Assembly: GCA_013265495.1 (NCBI GenBank) | Contig: MU057403.1 | Span: 429,481-493,480, forward strand | Reading direction: 5' to 3' | Length of the DNA: 64,000 bases | DNA from: Vicugna vicugna | Taxonomy: Eukaryota | In this document: positions 12,940 through 26,234 of the stretch, one piece after another | How positions within the stretch are numbered: the first letter of the stretch is position 1 | How the letters are laid out: each line of letters begins with the position of its first letter | Translations under genes and position numbers: made by a program | Notes under the pieces: generated by a model | Told to the model about the DNA's origin: nothing | The model's database searches: none | What the model saw: the letters and a program-made list of their open reading frames with translations, nothing else

Positions 12940-13291
12940 TAAATTTTATTTTTATTGAAGTATAGTTGATACATAGTATTATATAGCTTGCAGGTATATA
13001 GTATAGTGACTCACAACTTTTAGTTATTATAAAATATTTGCTATATTCCTCGTGTTGTACAATATATCCTTGTAGCCTATTGCCCACCTGCTCCACAGAT
13101 AACCACTAGTTTCTTCTCTATAACTGTGAGCCTGCTTCTTTTTTGTTGTTACAGTCACTAGTTTCTTGTAGTTTTTAGATTCTTCATATAAGTGATATCA
13201 TACAGTATTTGTCTTCCCCTGTCTGACTTATTTCACTTAGCATAATGCCCTCCAAGTCCATCCACGCTGCTGCAAATGGCAAAAGTTCATT
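12940..13291 (-). mobile_element. 5'-truncated lineage-specific L1 3' end
   Basis: T-rich tail then ttttattgaagtatagttgat...tctgacttatttcacttagcataatgccctccaagtccatccacgctgctgcaaatggca. Confidence 0.92.
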
Positions 13292-13729
13292 AGTTTCTTG
13301 AATCATACAAAGAAGCCAGAAAAGCTGGGACGCGACCTGCCAGTGATCTCAGACATCTATTCCCTTGGGCCAGTAAGCAGGCTCCAAATTTGACACCCAT
13401 CTGATGTCCATTCTTTAACCAGCTAAAAAGTGCGTCTCCATCATTTGTTTTTTTTTAATGAGCTCATCCTACAAAAAATTTGTTGGCTGCATTTTTTCCT
13501 GCTAGCATATTTTTTAGCACAAAGGTCATAAACTAACAATAATAGTAAGCCCGAGATGCACATGCTGTTTTGAAATGGAGGCTTATGTGCATTACGTAAG
13601 TCTTAGGGAGCTGGTGGGGAGGAAGAGGCCCACATCCACCCATCTCTCCGGACTGTTGTCATTGCCTCTGAGCCACTCGGTGCCCTTCGGAGGAGCAGAG
13701 TCTGCAAAGGATGAGCTGAGTTGTCCTTT

Positions 13730-14300
13730 CAGCATAAGATCCTTTCGCATAAACCCCATCATGCCATTCTCTTCTCGTAACTCCCCATCCCGCTCAGAAC
13801 AAAAGCCAAAGTCCTTCCAGTGGTTTATGAGTCATAAAATCTGACCCCACTGCCTCTCTGACCTAATCCCTTTCAAGTCTCTTCCTGGCTCACTGTGCTC
13901 CAGCCACACGGAACACCTGGCTCTTTCTAGAACACGCTGTGCTCTGGTGCCTTTTCTCTGACTGTATCCTCTGCCTGGACCATTGCTCCCCAGCACTCAG
14001 CCCCAGACATCCACCCGTCCTGTTCCTTCCTGTCATTGAGACCTTTCTCCAAGTTGCCAGCTCACCTGAGAAAGCCTGTTTCCCCCACTGACCACTGAAG
14101 TCTCCCCTTCAAACCCCATCGTCCCATCACTTTGTCCCAGCCGTATTGTCCTTGGGCCACCTCACATTACATACACATTACTTCAGTCGCTTTTGTCCAT
14201 CTCTTCTGCAGAAGTAAGCTCCACGTGGGCGGCGAGGGGGGGGTGCCTGTCTCATTGATAGCTGTGTCTGGAATAATAAATACACAGTAGAAACCGAATA
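13730..14300 (+). mobile_element. L2 LINE 3' region
   Basis: ctcactgtgctccagccacac, tcctctgcctggaccattgctcccc, gaagtaagctccacgtgggc. Confidence 0.75.
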
Positions 14301-14757
14301 CACATTTTCTGCGTTCATTCCTGTTTTACAACTGAAGAAAACGAGGCACTTTGAAATGATTTGCCCCACATCATCCATCACACAGGTGGCAGGTGTAAGA
14401 CTCAAGACTTGGGCCAGAACTTTTTCCTCCAGGGATGTTTTTACGACAGAAAGGGACTAGGCACTGGCTTTCTGAACTCTTCTTTGTTTTTATGGTGGGC
14501 TCTGCTGTTTTTCTACTTTATCCTTTCCTCGTTGTAGCTTGGGTGGCCTATCATTGTCCAAAATCCAAATAAATCTAAATTACAATCCCCTCTCCCCTTT
14601 AAACTGTCCTTGTTTACTATAATGACCGCTTTCCAATCAGTGTATCATTATTCTGGTCACACCTTGAAGTGATGTGCTTAAAACACCTTTACTACAGCCC
14701 CATGAAGACATCCCTTCTATGAAAAGGTTATAGATGTGCTTTAAAATATACGCCCCA

Positions 14758-14900
14758 GGGGAGGGTATAGTTCAGTGACAGAGTGCTTACTTAGCATGCA
14801 CCCGGCCCTGGGTTCAATCCCCAGTACCTCTGTTAATAAATAAATAAGTAAATAAACCTAATTACCTCTCCCTACAAAAAACCAAAAAATAAAAGAAAAT
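14758..14900 (+). mobile_element. Camelid tRNA-Ala-derived SINE (Vic-1-like)
   Basis: ggggagggtatagttcagtgacagagtgcttacttagcatgcac...gggttcaatccccagtacctc, then aataaacctaattacctc and an A-rich tail; degenerate flanking repeat aaaatata..cc. Confidence 0.9.
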
Positions 14901-17900
14901 TATTAAACAAACAAAATATATACCTTTCTTTTCTTTATCCTCCATCTGAGGATGGAGTCTTCTGAGCAAGGACCACAGAGCTTTCGCGTAATTTACGTGT
15001 CATTCTGTTAAAGCCACGTCTTCACTGGAATGGACTCAGGAGGCCACTTGGCCTGAGATGCCAGGAGCCTCAGGCTTCCTCAGAGGAAGGCGATGGGGGT
15101 CAGATGGCACTGTGGCTTCCCAGTCTGTTTCACACGGAGATGTGTCTCCTTCATCAATTTGATATATGAAGCATTTATATTAAATGACCCTTTCTGCTCT
15201 TCCCTATTAGACCCTTATTCCGTTCCCTTCCCTTGCTTCTCCCCAACATCTCCCCTCCTTCAGTAGTTTTTTATTCATGGGGTGTGGGAGGAGGAGAAGC
15301 CTTCATTTGCAGGTGTGACCCGTGTAGCTGTATGCTTTCTCACCCAGGCATGTTTCTGGGTCCTTCTGGGATTTTTGCCCAGAAGTTGAGCATCCAGAAC
15401 TTGTCAAATTGGACCTCAAGGTTGTCGGATGCAAGGTCTTCTCGGCACAAGCTGTGGGTGTACCAGAGGCAGCAGGGTAGCAACGTGCACTTTCATTGTA
15501 TACACGTGGTGCTGCCAACAGGTGGTTCATAGTGGGGAGGTTGGGGGCCCTCCATCCTCAAGGGGCCCCGCAGAACAAGGGTGATTTGTCTAGGCCTGCC
15601 TTTAGCAGGTCCTCACTTAGCAACAAGTCCTGGGGAAGCAGTCCAGACAGTCACAGCTCCCCAGTGCCACCGGAGTCCCAGCGTCCTTCATCCCTGCTTT
15701 GCCCCGTCCTCGGGCCTGTGGTTCTGGTACTCATGTCTGCACGTGGCGGCCGCACTGTCAGCACTGCAGTTGGGAAGAAGAGGGGAAAGGGCTTTTTCCT
15801 AACGAGGTTTCACCTTCATCCTTGGAAAGGAAGTCCCTGCCCGTAATTGTCACACGCTCAGCCTGACAGCAAGGAAATCTAGAAAGATAAATGTTGTGAC
15901 TTTCCCACCTGCATACTAGAGGAAAACCAAGGAAGGGGCTTTGTGAATGGCCCTAGGTGGTGCTGTCTATCCACTTCCCGCCACAAGGGGAAGCCCCCGG
16001 TCACATGGAGCAAGAGTTTGGTGTAAGCCTGTTATAAGGAATACAGATGGGGAATATAGATACTTTGCTACAGAGCAAAGGACAAGATGCTAAACGAAGC
16101 CTCAGTGAAAGATGAGGTTCAGATTAAAGTGGACCAAGGACACAGGAGGATGTGGGGGTATCAGTAGTGAGGTTAGTGGTGGTAGCGGTGTCCAACACTA
16201 AAGGGGAAACCGGCTGTACACACGTGGAAGGGGTCATAAACTAATCACAGGAGACGCACCCCAGAGTGTGAAGTATGGACTCCAAGGGCGTATCTGCAAA
16301 CACCAGCCATGAGCCTAGAGCAGCGCACCTCTGGGCTTAACTGTTTGAGGTGCTGCTGTAACCACAACTCCCCCCAGCAGGACTGGAGGTGGTGGGGACT
16401 TTGGTGCGGCTTAAGCCGCAGAAGCCACCTAGAATGTTTATGCTCAGCTGCAGTTTGCTTCCCAAGTGACCGCAGACTGACTTCTGCCCCTGCAGCTCTC
16501 CGGCACTTTTTGCTGAGATGATCAGCAACACAGCCAACCAACCCTTATCCATTCCTGTCTTCCTTGCTCTTACGGATTGACCGGGTCCTTTCTTCTCTGA
16601 ATCGTTGTCACCCTTGACTCCCATGAGGCCAGCCTTGGGGCTGTCCATCTGCGTCCCTCATTCCTTGCTGCCTTCCAGCCCCGCTGAGTGCCTTCGCAGG
16701 CGCCCTGTGCTCCACCTTCTGTGCCTTGGTCTTGCTGTTGCTTCTACAACCTGGTCTGCCTGTTTGATTCCTTAGCTTTGCCCAGGAGACCCAGCTCAGC
16801 TGCCCTTTTCCGTGGGAAGTCCTCCCAGCTGCCTTCCCTCCCGCTGTCTGACCTCCTCCCTCCACGTGTCTTTGGCTTATCTCATCATCACTTGAGAAAA
16901 TGGATTCTATTTCTCCATCTCCTGGGTAGACTGAGAGCTATGGGGAAGCAGGGGCTGACCGACCTGTTTCTATTTCCAGCATTTACTGAGTGTCACATCG
17001 CAAACTTCTGTCGAACGAACGAATAAATGAAAGTATTAGGATTTATAAGCACTCCTGACTCTACAGGGAGAAAACAGTCATCAGGACAGCTGAATGAGGG
17101 GGACAGGGCATGAGAGGGGAGGGGCAGGGATGCTGGCGAGTCGCGCTGAGCTACCAGGAGGCAGGTGGCACCTGCTACAATTTACACTTTACTCGTATTG
17201 TTAACGTTATCACCACAACAGCCTATGGAATACACGTTAGAGCGTCTGTGTTACTGGATTGAAAGAAATGGACGTTCAGAGAGATTGAGCTGCTCAGCAA
17301 GTAAGTGAGGAAAACTCGTAGGAGTAATATTAAAAATTAACAGAGCTTAAAATGAAGTAAAAAATGCCTCGAAACACTCTGACGATAAACAAAATGATCT
17401 TGTTTCTTTGTGCAAGGAGAAAAGGGAGGTTTCACAGGGGTAGGGAAAACCCTTCCTTACGATTCCGTCCCTCGTTGGGTCTGCCTTTTGTTGAGACAGA
17501 CCTCCCAGAAGGTACACGGTGTTGCCTCCACGGGCGCCAGGCGGCAGGAAGATGTGCCCTTGATCTAGAGGAAGGATTGTGAAATAGATCATTCGGAGCC
17601 TTCCTTCCTCTCCACAACCACTCTGTGCTCTTTGGGTCGCCCACCACCTCTAGCTTCCCACTGGCATTTCGGGTTCTGCAGGAAAGCTCTTCGCCCAAGC
17701 CTGACCGCTCACTGCTTCTCCTTGGTTCCTGTGCCCCATCTTCCCCACCCTCAGACTTCTTTGTTTCCACACCAGCCCCGTCTGGTCCTGTGCTGAGCCA
17801 CCCACCACTTGGCCGACAGGATCATATGTTAATTTCCGCCGAGGTGTTTCTGCAGGATTCTTGCTGAATATGGGGTACTTACCAGGCCTGTCTCACAGGC

Positions 17901-18489
17901 CACTGGGGGTCTCTTCAGGACCCCATGCCTCACTGGGAAAGCATGAATCCGAAATTGGAGAATTTCACATGGGTTGGGTGGGTCTATTTGGATACAGAGG
18001 CCCTGGCAAGAGTCTCTTGGAATAAGAAGGCACATGGCCTGTCACACAGGAGGCACTCAATAAGCATTTGAAAAATGAAAATTGCAGGTATGATGAGACT
18101 GGCCTTTGTGATCAGTGGCATTAGAAGCTAGAGCAGCTGCGGTCAAATTCTTTGAGGGGCCGAATTCTGAGTTTCAGCAGAGATTTGGGGGAAGAAAGAC
18201 TCCCTTCTGCTTTTATCAGTGAGCTCTCTCTTTCTTGTGATGGACTGCCTTCTTCTTTCTTTTCCCAACAGTAACTGATCTGGGAGTAGATTCTTGAACT
18301 TGAATTCAGAGGCAGAAAGATAAAGGGCTAATCAGGGTTTTCCTGTTTCATGAGCAAGTGGCTTTCCAAGAGACCAAGACACCAGGCTATTTCCAAAGGC
18401 AAGACTGGACTGTGGTTGGACTCAAGGGATAAAGGCACATGGGAGGCATTTGCTTAAAGACCTTTGGGGTCAGAGCCTTGATCTAGAGC

Positions 18490-18650
18490 TCTGTGTGGTC
18501 TCTGGACGAGTAGCATCAGCTACCAGGGAACTTGTTAGAAATACAGATTCTCAGGCCTTACCCCAGGCTGCTTAATGAGAGACTCTGGCATTGAGACCCA
18601 AGCCATCCATGTGATTCCCATACATGCTGACGTCTGAAACCCACCAACTT
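18490..18650. mobile_element. MER5A-like hAT-Charlie DNA transposon fossil
   Basis: agcatcagctaccagggaacttgttagaaatacagattctcaggcc. Confidence 0.8.
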
Positions 18651-18758
18651 AGGCTGCCTCGCTCCTAAACGCTGGATGTTAGAGAAATGAGTGGGCCCCA
18701 TTGTTGATCAAACCATGGCATTCAACATTTTTTTTCTTTAAAAATTCTCTTGTCTTGA

Positions 18759-18847
18759 GGGGTGGGTATAGCTCAGGGGTAGATCACATGCCGAGCTTGC
18801 ACAAGGTTCTGGGTTCAATTCCCCAGTACCTCTATTAAAAAAAAAAA
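18759..18847 (+). mobile_element. Vic-1-like SINE, short form
   Basis: gggtatagctcaggggtagatcacatgccgagcttgcacaaggttctgggttcaattccccagtacctc + polyA; flanks aaaattctctt / aaaatcctctt. Confidence 0.88.
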
Positions 18848-18959
18848 TCCTCTTTTCCTGCAGAGAACTTTATCTGCACTAAAAGATGGAGTCTTTCTGA
18901 GTGCAAATTAATGAATTTTGTAGGAAAACCTGGGAACTAACAGGATTTTGGCATAATGG

Positions 18960-19930
18960 CCTGGACTTTTCTCACACCGTAGCCCACGTCCCCTCAGGCC
19001 TTAGCACTGTGGCGCCTGCAGGCCATCTTCCACCTGCAGGCCTCTCGTCTCTCTGCCCAAGGGCTGTCTCTGGCTGGCTGATCGCAGCGCCCATTTATAA
19101 TGTGCTCCAAGTCTGGGAGAATGAATGCCCGTGGGGCAGCTCTCAACTGCCGACGGACAAGAGTTGGCTCAAAAAAAAAAAAAAGAAAAAAGCCCAGCTC
19201 TTCTGCCACATGGGGTGGGTGTCTCTGAGGCTGGCTGTCCGCTGGCTTCTAGAAGTCTCCAGAGGCTTTCAGCTTCAGTTTTCCCGTGGCTACGGCAGTA
19301 ACTTGCTTGATAATGCGCATTTTATGAGATGCATTTTCTTCTGGGTCTGTTTTAATTTTCTCCTGTTCGCTGCACTGGTGAGGGCGGCAGATTCCTGACG
19401 GGACACACATCACCCCTGTAGATGAGGTGGACAGCAGTTACAGTCCCCTATGCTCAGCCCGGGTGAGGACACTGCCTGCCACACAGAGATTGCAGCTCTG
19501 GAACCCTGGTGACCCAGCAGGGGCTGTGGGAGGTGGGCTTTGTAGTACCAAGAGGGTGGGGTGACTCCTGGTTCTTGTGGAAGGATGTGATTTGTTTGTT
19601 TGAATAATTCCATGGGCTGACTGGGAACTGAAGCCCACTGCTAAGGGATAAACAGGGACCACACCTGACTCTGTGACCAGGAGGGCTCTTTGGCTAAGGG
19701 ACCGTATCTGTGGGCACAGAGTGGGGAGGAGGACCTGCCAGCAGGCTGCTCGAGGGCCCTGGGTTTTCCCCACATGTCAAGGCACACATAACACTGGGAC
19801 TCAGTTTGGGTATTGAAGCACAGTATCTCAGTCCCCTCCCATCTTACCTGGGGTCGTCTCTCAAACCTACACTCTCCATTTGAATCCTTGTCTCATGGTC
19901 GGCTCCCTGGAGAACCTGAGAGAACCCCAT
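18960..19930 (+). mobile_element. LTR16-like ERVL LTR interrupted by a second LTR
   Basis: gaatgccccgtggggcagctctcaac, gtaacttgcttgataatgcgc before the insert; ttgaatccttgtctcatggtcggctccctggagaacc after it. Confidence 0.7.
19379..19841 (-). mobile_element. Solo LTR (MER54/73/74-like, family uncertain) nested in the LTR16-like element
   Basis: TG...CA termini (tgagggc...ctccca); reverse strand reads ggaattattcaaacaaacaaatcacatcc...caccccaccctcttggtactacaaagcc. Confidence 0.6.
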
Positions 19931-20310
19931 GTAGAGCTCAAGCAGATCCTGCTACCAGAGTGTTCATACACTAATCAGTAATTTCTATCCTTTCTGAAAG
20001 TCATCTTGCCTTATAAAAACAATCCTGGTTATTACTCCAGTTTTGTGTCTCAAATAACTAACGGCAAGTAAGATAGTTCTCAAGATCACCACTTATTTAC
20101 GATAGCCCTGAAGATGTTATACTTATTTCTTTCTGAAAGACGAACAGAAAAAAATCGTTTGCTAGATACAAGCTGCAAGCAAAAACTGGAGATACTGAAA
20201 TAATTATGAATGATTGGAATGAGAGAAGGTCTCTTGTTAGACCTGTTGAAATGTCTGTAAATTAAAATCCATTTTCCCCTTGTTCTGTAATTGATAAGAA
20301 GGGAAAAATC

Positions 20311-21073
20311 TTTTTTTTTCTTAATTGAAGTGTAGTCAGTTTACAATGTTGTGTCATTTTCTGGTGTACAGCTCAATGCTTCAGTCATACATGAACATAC
20401 ATATATTCATTTTCATATTCTTTTTTACTGTAAGCTACTACAAGATATTAAATATAGTTCCCTTTGCTATACAGTATAAACTTGTTCATCTATTTTATAT
20501 ATGCCAGTCAGTATCTGCAAATCTCAAACTCCCAATTTATCCCTTCTCACCCCTCTTCCCCCCTGGTAACCATAAGTCTGTTTTCTATGTCTGTGAGTCT
20601 GTTGATGTTTTATAACTAAGTTCATTTGTCTTTTTGTTTTTTGTTGTTGTTGTTGTTGTTGTTTTTAGATTCCACATATGAGTGATCTCATATGGTATTT
20701 TTCTTTCTCTTTCTGGTTTACTTCACTTAGAATGACATTCTCCAGGGCCATCCATGTTGCTGCAAATGGCATTATTTTACTATTTTTAATGGCTGAGTAG
20801 TATTCCCTTGTATAAATATACCACATCTTCTTTATCCAGTCATCTGTCGATGGCCATTTACATTGTTTCCATGCCTTGGCTATTGTAAATAGTGCTGCTG
20901 TGAACACTGGGGTGCAGGTGTTTTTTTGAATTAAGGTTCCCTCTGGATATACGCCCCGGAGTAGAATTGCTGGGTCATATGATAAGTCTATTTTTAGTCT
21001 TTTGAGGAATCTCCATACTGTTTTCCACAATGGCTGCACAAACTGCATTCCCACCAACAGAGTAGGAGGGTTC
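20311..21073 (-). mobile_element. Young 5'-truncated L1 (ORF2 C-terminus + 3' UTR) with perfect 17-bp TSD
   Basis: ORF 20665-21075 is L1 ORF2 C-terminus ([13 protein letters not shown]...YDPAI...WIKKMWYIYT.EYYSAIK). TSD aagaagggaaaaatctt at 20296-20312 and 21074-21090. Confidence 0.97.
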
Positions 21074-21467
21074 AAGAAGGGAAAAATCTTAAAATGAATA
21101 AATTAGCAGATGACAGACACACACGAAAAATAGTGTCTGTTGCAATGACGATCAGGCAAAAGCAGAACTTGGAAATACTGCTATGAAATTTGTTAAGGGT
21201 AAGGTAATCAGCATAAAGCGTGAGGTGGGGGTGATGGAGGGGTGTGGCTTCCAAACCAGGAGTTGGAAAGTGTGAGAATGACCATTGCTGGACCAAAGGA
21301 TCCAGTGAAAATCTGTTGTATCTCTGTTCTTGATTTTGGATAATTTTGTAATAACTGGCCATAGCAGGGGCTCAATTAGTACCTGTGATTTCCGCATCAC
21401 TTTAGTTAACTATAAAGGCCCAATAGAATTTATGTGTATTTATATATGTAAATATATTATATATATA

Positions 21468-21582
21468 GGTAGAGCACCTGCTTAGCAGGCATGAGGTCCT
21501 GGGTTCAATCCCCAGTCCCTCCATTAAAAGTAAATAAATAAACCTAATTACCTCCCCCACTAAAAATAAATATAAAAATAAA
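21468..21582 (+). mobile_element. Vic-1-like SINE, 5' end replaced by (TA)n
   Basis: ggtagagcacctgcttagcaggcatgaggtcctgggttcaatccccagtccctcc...aaacctaattacctccccc. Confidence 0.88.
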
Positions 21583-21939
21583 GATTATTGCTTATGTATA
21601 TATATCAGGACCTGTCGCAGGTGCCTGAATGCATTTGAACAAGGGGTCTGTTTTCAGCATGCAGAGGAGTGGAAGAAATGTGTCCCTTTCCTGTCAGTGT
21701 CACTTTGCTCCCGGGATGCTGTCTGCTCCTGTAATCTCATCACAGTGGGAGCAGAAGAGAAAGTAACACTGTCTAGAGGACAAGGCCTGCAGCCACCAAA
21801 AGAGACGAGAAAAGGGAGAAAACCACTGATGCTGTCGAGAAGATATTCCCCTCATTTAGAAAGTACATTTGGAGAGGTAAAATCAGTAAATCACGGTGAT
21901 GTGGTGTGTGGCACAGGGAACATAGTCACTGTTTTATTT

Positions 21940-22056
21940 TTGTTGCTTGAACCAAAAAAAAAAGTTCTTTTTACACTCTACTATTACATGTGCAAAAGCA
22001 TTCTCTAAAAAAGCCATGTGCACACCTTAACTTAAAAATACTTTATTGCTAAAAAA
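21940..22056 (-). mobile_element. Tigger1-like fragment
   Basis: tttacactctact...caccttaacttaaaaatactttattgctaaaaaa is the reverse complement of the region near 29790-29930. Confidence 0.65.
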
Positions 22057-23270
22057 ATTTTTTTTTAAATTAAAACTGTTTTTGGAGCACTGGAGTCTAT
22101 CCCACACCCACTTTTTATATATATATGGGGTCTCCAGCTTCACGGAGCTGACAGTCTGGCTGGAGGAGGGAAACATTCATCACAGAACCCCAGAAACACC
22201 GAGTTACACAGAGGGAAAAAAAGAAAGGGGTATGAAAACATCTAACAAGGGGACCAGCTCTGGAGAATTCCAGGAGGTTCCCGAGGAGAGGATCAGAATT
22301 TGGACAACAGGAAGGAGCGGTTGTAAATACAGTGAATTTCACAAGCATCCTCCTCCCTGTTTTCCATGGTTGGACTTTATGGAGTGGCCGCTGCTTCTGG
22401 TGTGGTTTCCATATGTCTATCTCATTACCTGCTGATTTGCCTGCATCATATGTCAGACACATAATTTTTGATACCAAACTCTCTCTGAGTATCTCCTTGG
22501 CTCCGGAACTGCCGAACGAATGGCAACAGTATTCTGTTAACAGTTGCTCCCAATGCGCATTTATTTTCTGTCGTGTTGAAAGAGATTTTCATCATTTTCC
22601 AGGTGGCTCTATTCAACGTGAAATTACAACTGTCCATCATCCTGTCTGGTCCATACTGTTCAACAATTTCTGTGTTTTCTTTCATTCCCCTCTCTCTTAG
22701 CATGCTTTAAATCGTTCCTTTTTTGGGGGGTGGGCACTTTTAGCCAAATGTAGTGGACTTTAAGTGGTGTCACATCCACGAAACCGAGGCACTTTTGATC
22801 GTTTTTAAGTGCCATTGCCTGTGAAGACATAGATACAGCACTGCCATTAAAGTAGGAGAAGATAAATTGTTGTCCCTGAGAGTCAGTAAAATAGTTTTTT
22901 TCCAGTCCATTTCACTAAGTGTTTAGAATGTGTATTACCTGATTAATCAATGTGTCGTGAGCCGTAATGACATCAATGCATTTTACCTGTTCAGCCAGGG
23001 GATGGCGGAAAGGGAGGGGCAGAATTATTTAAGGCTCTGTTTGCCGTGGAGCAGTACGTTATCCTCTGTTAATGACGAGAGGGGCTGTGGGCCACCCTTC
23101 CATAAAGAGAAGATCAGTATTGTGGCAACACAGAATATGATACGATAGGATACATTTTGTCTTTCTGATTCACAGCCCTTGCCTCTGACTGGCTAAATTC
23201 TGTCCCATAAAACAACTCTTAATTACTACTTGTGGGGAGTTACTTTAGGGGAAAAAATAACCCAGAGTGT

Positions 23271-23298
23271 ATGTATATATATATATATATATATATAT
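23271..23298. repeat. (TA)n microsatellite
   Basis: read directly. Confidence 0.95.
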
Positions 23299-23884
23299 GC
23301 AGTATTTTGGAGATTAAAAATGATATTTCCTAGAAGGTTTAGAGTTGTTGACCATTTTAAATAGGAGCTTTTTCCCAAAGTTTTGTTTGTTTGTTTTTTC
23401 AATTTATTTTAAAATAGTGTGTTTCTCCTCATGTGGCATGATTTCTGTTGGCTTAAGGACTGTTGTTCTCTTGAATAAAAGTGAAATGAGGGACCTGATA
23501 TCATTAGTAGGTGCTCATACTTTATCCCAATTTAAAATTTAAATTATATACATGAAATTATAAATTCTAAACTGTTAAAATTAACAAAATCTAGAATAGA
23601 GTCTGAAAAGGAATGTATAAAGCAAACATTTGCAGAGTTTTTCATTTCTCCACTTGTTTTCTTTATATTTAGGGGCTGTATACCCATGGAAAATGTCCCC
23701 AAAAAGAAATAAAATTCAGTTGAAGACTTGTTCTAACTTTGTGTGCATATTTTGAGTTCTTGTATCTTACTTAATAGGTCTAATAAATTGGACAGTTTAC
23801 ATATATGATTTTTTTTGCATACCAGTTAAAAGCACAGATGAATTAAACTCCATACTATATAATTTCGATTGTATTAGGGATCCT

Positions 23885-24290
23885 TGGAAGTTGGGTTCGC
23901 TGAGAAATAGACTCTGGGATGGAGATTTGTGTATAGGACATTTATTAGGAAGTGATCCCGGGGACAATGCCTATGAGGGGTGCAGGAAGCAGGAACGGCA
24001 GGGGCAGAGCTCACACTTTAATGCTGCTGCAACAAAGGTCTTGGCTACAGGGAACTGGGAAGCTGGAATGTCTCCTTGGAGTTGGGCTGGATTGAGGTAA
24101 GGGGCCAGGCACTGATTCGTCGTGGGATGCAGCTGCCTCCTGGGGCCATGTGATCTCAGAGGAAGCAGCTCCTTTGTCCAAGAGTAGTTCCTGAGGAAGG
24201 ACCCACGTGGGTATCAGCAGACCAGGGTTCTGGCTGCTGGAGAGATGAATGCCCCAGTTCCGAAGAAGGTGTCCCGACACCATGGCATCT
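23885..24290 (-). mobile_element. LTR33-like ERVL LTR
   Basis: agactctgggatggagatttgtgtataggacatttattaggaagtg...gctgcaacaaaggtc...gggatgcagctgcctcc. Confidence 0.75.
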
Positions 24291-24604
24291 TCGACACTTG
24301 TGAGCACTAACTTCCTAGCGCTTGCATATTTAAGCATTTAAATTGGCTCCAAGAAGTAGTTATCAGGATCTGTTCCTGGAGTGACCCTCACAGAGAGATT
24401 TGGGGGATGATCATGAGCGATGAAAGTATTCACGACTTACCTCTTTTACAAAGTATTTCAGAGTCCTCAGTCTTTGAGATGATAGTTTTTAAAGAATTAT
24501 CTGTATCATGGTTATCACTTTATCACCTCTTCCTTATCTATCTGGAAAACACATAAGTCTATGTAAGGCTTGCCAGGCAGAAAAACTCTTTAAAAATAAA
24601 ATTC

Positions 24605-24769
24605 TTTTTTTTTTAATTGACGTATAGTCAGTTTACAATGTCGTGTCAATTTCTGGTGTACAGCATAACGTCCCAGTCATGCATATGTGTACATATATTC
24701 ATTTTCACATTCTTTTCCTTTAAAGGTTATCACAAGATATTGAATATAGTTCCCTGTTGCTGTACTACT
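24605..24769 (-). mobile_element. Very short young L1 3' end with 11-bp TSD
   Basis: Same 3' end as the 20311 element; TSD aataaaattct at 24595-24605 and 24770-24780. Confidence 0.93.
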
Positions 24770-26234
24770 AATAAAATTCTGATGCTATAGATGCAAATGA
24801 AAAAAAATTGGGAAGCATCTTATGGATGAGAGCATGATGACATGATCTCAAATTCAGAAAATTTGTGTGGAAAATTAAAGGGTGTGTACAAAAATGTATG
24901 CAGAAGAGGGGCATAAAGATGTTAAAAGGTCATGGAAAAGGCTAAAAAATAGAATGAACCTCTGCTTTTTTTTTTTTTTTTTTGGTAGCTGTGTTTTAAG
25001 TGAAAAACCAAGGAAGGAAGGAATATGCTTGTTGCTTGGGGCAGCTTGGCTTTTGTTCCCAGAAGTTGGGGAAATCAGAACTGCTCCATTCTTATGTTTC
25101 CAACTTCTGTCTCAAGAACCATGATATTCAAATAGGAAACATCAGGCACAGTGAAGATACTGGACACCCCAGACAGTTGAAGAGCTAGTCAGAGATCACC
25201 TTGTCACTTTAAGTAAATTCTGTTCTCCAGATGGAGACAAATTATCTGCCAGGAACTAAGTGTTCCTTACCCATGTAATTGGATGCCCACTACTGGTCAT
25301 CTCTGTGGGATCTCAGGGAAGAGGAGAAGTGATAGAAAACTAAAGATGGAACAAACATTATTGTGATATTTGGAGGGAGGATACAGATACATTTTGGAAA
25401 CCGTAAATTGGTGAGTTTGGCTTACATTACCCCGAGCAATTAGAAGGAAAAGGGGTAACAGAAGGAGGCCACGTTGTTGGAAACAAGACATGTCCAATTA
25501 ACCTCATTTCTTGTTTTGGAAAGAAGCAGATGGTGTAGGAATATAAGCCCAGGCCTTGTAGGCAGAAGTCCTGTGTTTGAACCTTTGTTTGGCATTATTT
25601 ACTCAGTGACTATGGTTATGGCCCATAACCTCTCTGAACTTCCCTTTCTTCGTATGTCTGTAATTGTATTGGAGTCATGGTCTCAGATAGTTCAACTTTG
25701 GGCTGGCATTTAAGGAAGTGAAATTCAACAGGCAAAAAAAAAAAAAAGTGTGTGTTGTGTGTGTGTAAATTACGTCCTTATTTTCCTTCCTCTCAAGATA
25801 CATGAAAAGGGATCCAGTTCAGAATTCCTAGCGCTGCTGCTCATATCCCACTTAAGTGTTTCAGTTTTTCCTGTCCCATCTGCTCCAGAGACTCAAATTT
25901 GACAAGTGCTGAAAGAGCTCACCCACACCTGGACCACGTGGGTTTTTTCCCCTCTTTTCAGTGCTCCCTCTCCTCCCTTCCTCACCCAGACCTCTATTCT
26001 TTATTATTTCTGGCTGACAACCAATTTCTCTAAGTCTTTCCCTTCCTAAGCCTGAAGGATCTATCTTCTATTAATTCTCTGTCAGCTCTCTGACTCGGAC
26101 ATACAAAGAGTCCAGGACCAGCCTGGCTGAGATAGCCTTCCTTAGAGACAGTTGGAGCGGGGACAAATGAAGGATGGGGGGAAGACAATTATGCGCTTCT
26201 TTTGGCAGCCTGGAGGGAGACAGTCGGTGATCAA

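Noticed and set aside
14758..14830. tRNA-Ala gene (also at 18759, 21468, 46585 and other copies)
   Set aside because: Only tRNA-derived SINE heads: diverged stems, A-rich tails and TSDs.
15233..17900. Dense cluster of 70-116 aa ORFs in GC-richer sequence
   Set aside because: No splice-bounded coding signal or recognisable protein; part resembles a very old MaLR LTR; consistent with chance ORFs.
20665..21075. 136-aa ORF, and 57936-58436 (166 aa), as host genes
   Set aside because: Both are L1 ORF2 fragments (C-terminus and endonuclease) of truncated elements.
22046..22703. Four overlapping 85-129 aa ORFs on both strands in unassigned sequence
   Set aside because: I found no transposase, integrase or host-protein motif on translation. 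It could be an ancient repeat, but I cannot support a call.
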